64,000 nucleotides of DNA from Eubacteriales bacterium (GCA_045602385.1 JAZSBL010000030.1:2902-66901), one strand, 5' to 3'. Shown: positions 15,748-22,605, counted from the first letter of the stretch. A program made the numbers and translations. The notes: generated by a model from the letters alone, not told the origin.

Positions 15748-18279
15748 ATGAGTCAAATCAAATTTGTAATCGAAAAAAGTCCGAGAATTCAAAGACTTAT
15801 CGATCATTTATATGCTAATATGCCCGAGATCGAGGCTGACAGAGCCGAGCTTGTAACCGAAAGCTACAAGGCGACCGAGGGCTTGCCGATAATCAAGCGC
15901 CGCTCCGCGGCGTTCCGCCACATTCTTGAGAATATTCCGATCGTCATTCGTCCCGACGAGCTCATCGTAGGAAGCAACTCGATAGCTCCCCGCGGATGCC
16001 AGACCTTCCCCGAGTATTCTTACGAGTGGCTTGAAAAGGAATATGACACAGTTGCTACACGTGAGGCAGACCCCTTCTATATCTCTCCCTCCACTGTCGA
16101 GAGACTCAAGAAGGTATATCCTTACTGGAAGGGCAAGACGGTCAGCGACCTTGCCGCCCAGAGCATGGATGAAAAGGTACTTGACGTCTTTTTGAATCAC
16201 GGTATATTCACGGTAGGCAACTACTTCTATAACGGTATCGGTCACATCAACGTAGACTACGCAAAGGTCATAAACTGCGGTCTTGAGGGCGTTATGGCAG
16301 AGACCCGCGAGGCTCTCTCCAAGCTCTACATAGGCAACGGCGATTACCTTAAGCGCAAGGCATTCCTTGAGGCCGTGCTTGAGAGCTGTGAGGGTGTTAT
16401 CACCTACGCAAATAGATATTCCGCGCTCGCAAAGAAGGAGGCGGACGCTTGTACCGACTCTATCCGCCGCGCAGAGCTTATCCGCATAAGCGAGACATGC
16501 GCACGCGTTCCCGCGAAGCCCGCAAGAAGCTTCTACGAGGCTTGCCAGAGCTTCTGGTTCATCCAGCAGCTTCTCCAGTGTGAGTCGAGCGGACACTCTA
16601 TCTCTCCCGGACGCTTTGACCAGTACATGTACCCCTTGTTCAAGAAGGATATTGACAGCGGACGTGAGACTATCACCTCCGCACAGGAATACCTTGACTG
16701 TATCTGGGTAAAGCTCAACGACCTCAACAAGGTCCGTGACGCGGCTTCTGCCGAGGGCTTTGCAGGCTACGGCCTCTTCCAGAACCTCATCGTAGGCGGC
16801 CAGAACGAGGACGGAGTTGACGTAACCAACGAGCTTTCTTACATGTGTATGGAAGCAACGGTTCACGTTCGTCTTCCCCAGCCCTCTCTCTCCATTCGCG
16901 TATGGAACAAGACCCCCCACGACCTGCTTATCAAGGCGGCGGCAGTTACCCGTGAGGGTCTTGGCGTTCCCGCTTTCTACAACGACGAGGTAATTATTCC
17001 CTCTATCATGTCAAGAGGTCTTACACTTGAGGATGCGCGTGACTACTGCATCATCGGATGCGTTGAGCCTCAGAAGGGCGCGCGCACAGACGGTTGGCAC
17101 GATGCGGCATTCTTCAATATGTGCCGTCCCCTCGAGCTTGTATTCTCAAACGGATACGACAAGGGCGAGCTTATCGGACTTCAGACCGGCGACGTTGAGA
17201 AAATGAAGACATTTGAGGAGTTCTTTGAGGCTTACAAGGCTCAGCAGCTCCACTTTATAGAAATGATGGTTCACGCGGACAACGCGGTTGACTATGCTCA
17301 CAGCGTTCGTTGTCCTCTCCCCTTCCAGTCCTCTCTTTGCAACGATTGCATCGAGCGCGGAGTATCTCTCCAGGAGGGCGGCGCGCACTATAACTTCACA
17401 GGTCCTCAGGGCTTCGGTATTGCTAATATGACCGATGCACTTCTCGCTATGAAGGTGCTTGTATTCGACGAGAAGAAGGTCACTATGCGCGAGATGAAGG
17501 AGGCGCTTGCCGATAACTTCGGTAAGGGACTTATCCCAAAGAAGGCTATCGAGCTTACAACAGAGGTCGCGCGTCAGCTTGACGCAAACGGAGTTGACGT
17601 AAACGAGGAAATGATCCGCGCTATCTATCAGAATATCACAAACGCGGAATCTGTTTCCGCAGAGAAGAAGGCAAGATATCAGGAAATTCTTGATATGATC
17701 GCCGCCCTTCCCAAGTACGGTAACGATATTCCCGAGGTTGACGATTTCGCGCGCGAGGTCGGCAACACATATACAAAGCCCTTTGCTAACTTCACAAACA
17801 ACCGCGGCGGCGTTTTCCAGGCAGGTCTTTACCCTGTTTCCGCAAACGTTCCGCTTGGATATCAGACAGGTGCTACCCCCGACGGCAGACTTGCCTTCAC
17901 GCCTATCGCCGACGGTGTAGGCCCCGCTTCGGGCAGAGACGTCAAGGGCCCGACTGCTACCGCAAACTCGGTTGCCCACCTTGACCACGGTATCGCATCC
18001 AACGGTACGCTCTTCAACCAGAAGTTCCACCCCTCCGCACTTGCGGGCATGGGCGGACTTGAAAAGTTCGTGGCTTACCTCCGCGGATACTTTGATCAGA
18101 AGGGTATGCACGTTCAGTATAACGTAGTATCAAGAGAAACTCTCCTTGATGCGCAGAAGAATCCCGATAAGTATAAGACGCTCGTCGTCCGCGTTGCCGG
18201 ATACAGCGCACTCTTTACAACCCTCTCCCGCTCACTCCAGGACGATATCATCAACCGTACCGAGCAGTCGGGAATTTAA
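15748..18279 (+). CDS. glycyl radical enzyme, most likely B12-independent 1,2-propanediol (diol) dehydratase
   Basis: 843 aa. Glycyl radical motif VRVAGYSALF (Gly818) and Cys loop IIGCVEP (Cys438/Glu440), with His166. Operon context: BMC shell, aldolase, PduL, PduP-like enzyme. Confidence 0.9.
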   Translation: MSQIKFVIEKSPRIQRLIDHLYANMPEIEADRAELVTESYKATEGLPIIKRRSAAFRHILENIPIVIRPDELIVGSNSIAPRGCQTFPEYSYEWLEKEYDTVATREADPFYISPSTVERLKKVYPYWKGKTVSDLAAQSMDEKVLDVFLNHGIFTVGNYFYNGIGHINVDYAKVINCGLEGVMAETREALSKLYIGNGDYLKRKAFLEAVLESCEGVITYANRYSALAKKEADACTDSIRRAELIRISETCARVPAKPARSFYEACQSFWFIQQLLQCESSGHSISPGRFDQYMYPLFKKDIDSGRETITSAQEYLDCIWVKLNDLNKVRDAASAEGFAGYGLFQNLIVGGQNEDGVDVTNELSYMCMEATVHVRLPQPSLSIRVWNKTPHDLLIKAAAVTREGLGVPAFYNDEVIIPSIMSRGLTLEDARDYCIIGCVEPQKGARTDGWHDAAFFNMCRPLELVFSNGYDKGELIGLQTGDVEKMKTFEEFFEAYKAQQLHFIEMMVHADNAVDYAHSVRCPLPFQSSLCNDCIERGVSLQEGGAHYNFTGPQGFGIANMTDALLAMKVLVFDEKKVTMREMKEALADNFGKGLIPKKAIELTTEVARQLDANGVDVNEEMIRAIYQNITNAESVSAEKKARYQEILDMIAALPKYGNDIPEVDDFAREVGNTYTKPFANFTNNRGGVFQAGLYPVSANVPLGYQTGATPDGRLAFTPIADGVGPASGRDVKGPTATANSVAHLDHGIASNGTLFNQKFHPSALAGMGGLEKFVAYLRGYFDQKGMHVQYNVVSRETLLDAQKNPDKYKTLVVRVAGYSALFTTLSRSLQDDIINRTEQSGI

Positions 18280-18299
18280 GGGGATGCGAGGGGATGCGA

Positions 18300-18332
18300 C
18301 GGGGAAACCCTTTTAGAAAAGGGTTCTCCCCG
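18300..18332 (+). other. Stem-loop of about 14 bp after the GRE gene, preceded by a 10-nt tandem repeat
   Basis: CGGGGAAACCCTTTT/AAAAGGGTTCTCCCCG pair with one bulge. GGGGATGCGA occurs twice at 18280-18299. Confidence 0.5.
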
Positions 18333-18403
18333 AACCCCTTCCTAAAACTTCAATAAGAATTCTTTTTTAGAAATTATAGCAAATCTTGAGAAAGGAGAAA
18401 GGC

Positions 18404-19201
18404 ATGAATAAGGATATTTATTCTGTTGGCGGAAGAATATTTGATATACAGAGATATTCTCTGCACGACGGACCCGGGATCAGAACCATCGTCTTTCTCA
18501 AGGGCTGTTATCTTCATTGCCGTTGGTGCTGCAACCCCGAGTCGCAGAGCTACAACATTGAAGAAATGACTCGCGCAGGCAAGCGCGAGATAATGGGCCG
18601 CGACGTGACCGTTGGCGAGCTTATGGACGAGCTGGCGCAGGACCGCAGATATTACGAAAGAAGCGGCGGCGGAATCACCCTTTCGGGCGGCGAGTGCATG
18701 GCTCAGCCCGACTTTGCCGAGGCGCTTTTGCGCGCCTGCCACGATTACGGCTTTAATACAGCGATAGAAACTACCGCGTGCGCGAGCCGTGAGGTAGTTG
18801 AACACCTTTTGCCCCACGTTGATTATTTCCTGATGGATATAAAGCACATGGATTCAAGAAAGCACGAGGAATTCACGGGCAAGGGCAACGAGCAGATACT
18901 CGAAAACGCAAAATTTATTGCAGAAAATGCAAGAAATCTTATAATTCGCGTACCCACAGTTCCCACGTTTAACGCAACGCCCGACGAGATCGCGGCGATC
19001 GCGCGATTCGCGTCAAGCCTTGACGGTGTAAGAGAGCTTCACCTGCTTCCCTACCATAGGCTTGGTCAGGACAAATACACAGGACTTGGCCGCCCCTACC
19101 CGATGGACGGCATTGAGCCACCAACCAATGAGCTTATGGCAGACCTACTCAAGGTCGCAAAAAGAGCCGCCCCCAATCTGCACGTGCAAATAGGAGGCTG
19201 A
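18404..19201 (+). CDS. glycyl radical enzyme activating enzyme (radical SAM), PflA-length
   Basis: Radical-SAM cluster motif CYLHCRWC and GGITLSGGE. ATG 18404 has an AAGGAG RBS; the ORF-track start at 18386 is TTG. No ferredoxin-like CxxCxxCxxxC insert is present. Confidence 0.9.
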   Translation: MNKDIYSVGGRIFDIQRYSLHDGPGIRTIVFLKGCYLHCRWCCNPESQSYNIEEMTRAGKREIMGRDVTVGELMDELAQDRRYYERSGGGITLSGGECMAQPDFAEALLRACHDYGFNTAIETTACASREVVEHLLPHVDYFLMDIKHMDSRKHEEFTGKGNEQILENAKFIAENARNLIIRVPTVPTFNATPDEIAAIARFASSLDGVRELHLLPYHRLGQDKYTGLGRPYPMDGIEPPTNELMADLLKVAKRAAPNLHVQIGG

Positions 19202-19202
19202 T

Positions 19203-19733
19203 ATGAGAAAAATATTATTGATTTTTTTATCGACATTTTTAGTTGCTTCATTATTTGTTTCTTGTGAGAAAACAACAGTACCTACCGCAACGGACTCTCT
19301 GACCGAGCTTCAGATCGAAAAACAAACGGAAAGCAACACTGCTGGTTCTACTGTGAGTGTCGGAGAATCCGACAGCCCTCTTGAAGGCTCTGCAAATTCG
19401 GAAATTGATAGCTTATATGGCACTTATTTCCGCAAAAACGACGATTCTCGACCCATTGCCGATGTTTTTACCATAACGCTGAATGCCGACGGGACCTATA
19501 ATTATTATGAAACCATGATAAGCAGTCACTTGGGATTCGGTAGGTATACCGTTGACGGTAATATAATTACAATTAGGGACGACGATATTCCGACCCTAAA
19601 CGGCAGCAAAACATATACTTTTAAATTTGAATACCGCGACGGGAAGCTTATATTTCTTGCTTCCGAGTCAGATAATTTTATGTACGTAAATCTTCCTGAC
19701 GGCGCGGAATTTGAACGCGCGCCACAAGAATAA
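19203..19733 (+). CDS. secreted lipoprotein of unknown function embedded in the BMC operon
   Basis: 176 aa. MRKILLIFLSTFLVASLFVSC has a signal peptide and lipobox. The ATG is 1 nt after the activase TGA and the GGAGG RBS lies inside the activase 3' end. Codon use is visibly more AT-rich. Confidence 0.6.
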   Translation: MRKILLIFLSTFLVASLFVSCEKTTVPTATDSLTELQIEKQTESNTAGSTVSVGESDSPLEGSANSEIDSLYGTYFRKNDDSRPIADVFTITLNADGTYNYYETMISSHLGFGRYTVDGNIITIRDDDIPTLNGSKTYTFKFEYRDGKLIFLASESDNFMYVNLPDGAEFERAPQE

Positions 19734-19760
19734 TTACACCTTTACGGAGGTTAAGTTAAA

Positions 19761-20132
19761 ATGTCACAGAATTTTGAATTTCAGGATAAAATGCGAATAG
19801 TACAGGAGCTTGTGCCGGGTCGACAGATCACACTTGCTCACATTATCGCAAATCCTGACCCCACGCTTTATCAGAAGCTTGGCCTTGACCCCAAGCTTGA
19901 TTATGAAAAGGCAGCTATCGGTGTTCTTACCGTCAGCCCCGCGGAAACCGCTGTTATTACTGCGGACATAGCCCTCAAATCCTCGGGCGCAGACCTCGGA
20001 TTTGTTGACAGATTTTCGGGCACACTCATAATCACCGGTAAGGTTGCAGAGGTCGAGGCGTCATTCTCCGCAATCACGGAATATTTCAGAAACACTCTCA
20101 AATTCTCCGTTTGCGAAATGACAAGAACGTAA
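19761..20132 (+). CDS. pduU: circularly permuted BMC shell protein (PduU/EutS-like)
   Basis: 123 aa. VPGRQITLAHIIANPD, AIGVLTVSPAETAVITADIALK and GFVDRFSGTLIITG match the PduU/EutS pattern. Confidence 0.85.
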   Translation: MSQNFEFQDKMRIVQELVPGRQITLAHIIANPDPTLYQKLGLDPKLDYEKAAIGVLTVSPAETAVITADIALKSSGADLGFVDRFSGTLIITGKVAEVEASFSAITEYFRNTLKFSVCEMTRT

Positions 20133-20191
20133 TACATACCAATAACAAATGACATTGTTCCATCAAGCCTCTTTTGAAGTTTTTTGGAATT

Positions 20192-20221
20192 CTTAAAACC
20201 TTTTTGCAAAAAGGTTTTAAG
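20192..20221 (+). other. Perfect 14-bp palindrome between pduU and pduV
   Basis: CTTAAAACCTTTTT-GC-AAAAAGGTTTTAAG. Confidence 0.5.
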
Positions 20222-20235
20222 CCGTCGGAGACAAA

Positions 20236-20667
20236 ATGAAAAAATTGATTTTGATGGGCAGAGTTGCCGCAGGTAAGACCACTCTGACTCAGGCCTTGAA
20301 GGGTGAGCAGATACACTACTGCAAGACCCAATATATAAATTACATGGACACGATAATCGATACTCCCGGAGAGTACACCGAGGTACATACTCTGGCGGCC
20401 GCGCTTGGAGTCTACTCCTACGAGGCTGACGTTATCGGTCTTGTAATAAGCGCAAACGAGCCCTTTTGTGTATTCCCGCCCAACTGCACACACCACGTCA
20501 ACCGCGACATTATAGGCATTATTTCGGGAATAGACAAGCCCGATGCAAACGTTCCGCTTGTCGAGCGATGGCTCTCAAATTGCGGAGTAAGCCCCGAAAA
20601 AATGTTTTACATCAGCTCGTATACGGGCGAGGGACTTGATAAAATTATCGCATATCTTAACGACTAA
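20236..20667 (+). CDS. pduV: EutP/PduV-family small GTPase
   Basis: 143 aa. P-loop GRVAAGKTT, then DTPGEY, with the size and order typical of EutP/PduV. Confidence 0.85.
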   Translation: MKKLILMGRVAAGKTTLTQALKGEQIHYCKTQYINYMDTIIDTPGEYTEVHTLAAALGVYSYEADVIGLVISANEPFCVFPPNCTHHVNRDIIGIISGIDKPDANVPLVERWLSNCGVSPEKMFYISSYTGEGLDKIIAYLND

Positions 20668-20691
20668 AATCAAATTGACGGAGGAGACGCT

Positions 20692-21483
20692 ATGTCTGCA
20701 ACCAAGACGATCTGCTTTGCCAACAACAAGGGCGGAAGCGGAAAATCAACCACCTGCGCGAATATCGGATATTCGCTCTCAACTCTCGGTAAAAAGGTCC
20801 TGCTTATCGACGCAGATATGCAGATGAACCTGACCTTACAGTTCTTTGACGACGAGCAGTCGCTTGAAATGGCAAAGAGCCAAAAGAATATTTACGTGGG
20901 TATTGTGGAGCAGAGAGATCTCACCGATTTTGCAAGAGCTACCGAGTATGAAAATCTCGACCTCATTCCCTCCTCTACTCTTATGAGCGGAATCGAGTTC
21001 CAGCTCTTTACCAAGTGGCAGCGCGAGTTCATTCTCCGTGAAGGTCTTAAAAAGATCAAGGAGTCGGGAAAATACGACTACATACTCATAGACGCTCCTC
21101 CGACACTTGGTTGCTGGGCAATGAACATTATGTGCGCGTCCGACTTCCTCGTAATTCCCGTTGAAGCGTCGCCCTGGGGACTCTTCGGACTTGCGAACAT
21201 GTTTGAATTCTATGAGCAGGTCAAGCTCATCTCCCCCTCGCTTGAGCTGATGGGTATCGCAATCACCAAGGCAAGCGAGCGCAAGAACTATTTCAAGCAG
21301 ACGATAGAAACGCTTTCGTCACTTGAAAACGTAAGGCTTTTTGAGTCGATAATCAGAGTTGACTCAAATATCGAGTGGTCACAGGACAACTCAAAGCCCG
21401 TTATGGTCTATAAGAAATCCAGCCGCGCGGCGGGTGAATATATGGAAATGGCAAAGGAGATTTTGAAATATGCCGATAGGTAA
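20692..21483 (+). CDS. ParA/MinD-superfamily ATPase (McdA-like by context)
   Basis: 263 aa. Deviant Walker A NKGGSGKST, A' LLIDADMQ, Walker B YILIDAPP. It starts 24 nt after pduV with a GGAGGA RBS, so it is co-transcribed with the BMC genes. Confidence 0.9.
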   Translation: MSATKTICFANNKGGSGKSTTCANIGYSLSTLGKKVLLIDADMQMNLTLQFFDDEQSLEMAKSQKNIYVGIVEQRDLTDFARATEYENLDLIPSSTLMSGIEFQLFTKWQREFILREGLKKIKESGKYDYILIDAPPTLGCWAMNIMCASDFLVIPVEASPWGLFGLANMFEFYEQVKLISPSLELMGIAITKASERKNYFKQTIETLSSLENVRLFESIIRVDSNIEWSQDNSKPVMVYKKSSRAAGEYMEMAKEILKYADR

Positions 21484-21895
21484 GGACAGCATTACAAAAA
21501 GAGTAGCCAAGCCGGCTGCGCCGGAGGCAAAAGCGGCAGAGCCCAAAGCTCCCGCAAAGAAGACCACAGCCCCCAAGGCAACCGCTAAAAAGGAAGAAAA
21601 TATAGCCCCCGAGCTTGTGGCAACCACAGCGGCGGCTCCCAAGAAGGCTCCTGCAAAGAAGGCAGCCACCACAACCGCAAAGAAGCCTGCAACGACATCT
21701 AAATCCACAACTGCAAAGAAACCTGCAGCTAAAAAGACCACCGCTTCAGAAAAGCTTACACCTCCTACCGCGGTTGAAACAACCGTACTTGCAAACATCT
21801 CCCCCGAAACCGTAAAGGCGGTTATCGGACACGAGGAAAACCGTGGATTTGAGAAGGTACAGGTAGGCGAAAAGATGCCCGTGCATCTTCTTTAA
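21470..21895 (+). CDS. Lys/Ala/Pro/Thr-rich, predicted disordered basic protein (candidate ParA partner/adaptor)
   Basis: 141 aa. An AAGGAG RBS lies about 10 nt upstream. It overlaps the ParA-like gene by 14 nt. I counted 25 Lys against 13 acidic residues. AKKx/KKPA-type repeats fill residues ~15-95 and the last ~45 aa are less biased. It ends just before the operon terminator. Confidence 0.65.
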   Translation: MPIGKDSITKRVAKPAAPEAKAAEPKAPAKKTTAPKATAKKEENIAPELVATTAAAPKKAPAKKAATTTAKKPATTSKSTTAKKPAAKKTTASEKLTPPTAVETTVLANISPETVKAVIGHEENRGFEKVQVGEKMPVHLL

Positions 21896-21907
21896 AATTC
21901 AATCATT

Positions 21908-21946
21908 AAAAGGGACAAAGCGCATAGCTTTGTCCCTTTTTTTATT
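21908..21946 (+). terminator. Rho-independent terminator ending the BMC operon
   Basis: AGGGACAAAGC (21911-21921) pairs with GCTTTGTCCCT (21927-21937), followed by T8. Confidence 0.8.
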
Positions 21947-22006
21947 TAAATTGCGATTTATCGGGAACTTCATGTCTACAAGTTACCATTTAAATACGCT
22001 TTGCGC

Positions 22007-22094
22007 CGTAGGGGTCGACGTCCTCGGCGACCCGCCTACATGGGATATAATTTAACTTTACGGCTACGGGCCGCCGAGGACGTCGGCCCCTACG
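22007..22094. repeat. GC-rich inverted repeat (28-nt arms), MITE/REP-like element
   Basis: CGTAGGGGTCGACGTCCTCGGCGACCCG (22007-22034) matches the reverse complement of 22067-22094 with 2 mismatches. The loop is 32 nt and AT-rich. The 9-nt direct repeat TACGCTTTG lies at 21995-22003 and 22109-22117. Confidence 0.6.
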
Positions 22095-22152
22095 ATTTAA
22101 GACCAATGTACGCTTTGATGACACACCGACAAATCAAAATTTGAAAATGTTG

Positions 22153-22181
22153 TTGACAATGATGCGGTTATATGATATAAT
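22153..22181 (+). promoter_or_regulatory. Consensus sigma-A promoter of the metal-resistance operon
   Basis: TTGACA (22153-22158), 17 nt, TATAAT (22176-22181). Confidence 0.65.
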
Positions 22182-22184
22182 AAC

Positions 22185-22210
22185 AACAGTTGAACAATTG
22201 TTCAACTGTT
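22185..22210. promoter_or_regulatory. 12-2-12 palindromic operator (ArsR/SmtB type)
   Basis: AACAGTTGAACA-AT-TGTTCAACTGTT is a perfect inverted repeat immediately downstream of the -10 and contains the TGAACA/TGTTCA core. Confidence 0.65.
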
Positions 22211-22229
22211 TATTTGAAGGAGGCATATT

Positions 22230-22589
22230 ATGTCACACGATAAAACAAACATTCCACTTTGTGTAACGCACGAGGCGCATCACGAGATAATCGACCGCAT
22301 AGAATTACCCGATGACGAGCATTTCTTTGAGCTTGCCGAGTTTTTCTCGGTGATCGGGGACAGCACGAGAATAAAGATACTTTATCTTCTCTTTGAGGGT
22401 GAAATGTGCGTATGCGACATCTCCGAAAAGCTCTCTATGAGCATGTCGGCTATATCGCATCAGCTCCGAGTGCTTAAAAACTCACGTCTTGTCAAGTACC
22501 GCAAAGAGGGCAAATCGGTCCTCTACTCTCTTGACGACGACCACGTAAAAACGATAATCAACATGGGCGTTGACCATATCAACGAATAA
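22230..22589 (+). CDS. ArsR/SmtB-family metal-sensing repressor (CadC-like)
   Basis: 119 aa. wHTH STRIKILYLL...CVCDISEKL...ISHQLRVLKNSRLV...GKSVLYSL with a CVC alpha3-type metal site. Confidence 0.9.
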   Translation: MSHDKTNIPLCVTHEAHHEIIDRIELPDDEHFFELAEFFSVIGDSTRIKILYLLFEGEMCVCDISEKLSMSMSAISHQLRVLKNSRLVKYRKEGKSVLYSLDDDHVKTIINMGVDHINE

Positions 22590-22605
22590 TAAGACGAGGT
22601 GTGTT

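Noticed and set aside
15808-18111. 370-aa and 321-aa minus-strand ORFs antisense to the glycyl radical enzyme gene
   Set aside because: They are shadow ORFs opposite an 843-aa gene that has unambiguous GRE motifs. They have no RBS or start context and no recognisable domains.
18280-18299. GGGGATGCGA tandem repeat as the start of a CRISPR or other repeat array
   Set aside because: There are only two adjacent 10-nt units with no spacers, and no cas genes in the window.
20692-21483. ParA-like gene as a plasmid or chromosome partition locus, or a mobile-element marker
   Set aside because: There is no ParB/HTH partner, parS-like repeats, replication gene, integrase or transposase nearby. The gene lies inside the BMC transcription unit, between pduV and the operon terminator, so an organelle-related role fits the context better.
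21391-21815. Alternative reading frames through the low-complexity region: minus-strand 21391-21798 (Ala/Gly/Phe/Val-rich) and + strand 21615-21815 (Pro/Gln/Arg/Leu-rich)
   Set aside because: Repetitive GC-rich coding sequence is open in several frames. Only the 21470-21895 frame has an AAGGAG RBS, matches the operon strand, overlaps the ParA-like gene in a coupled arrangement, and runs into a non-repetitive C-terminus ending at the terminator.
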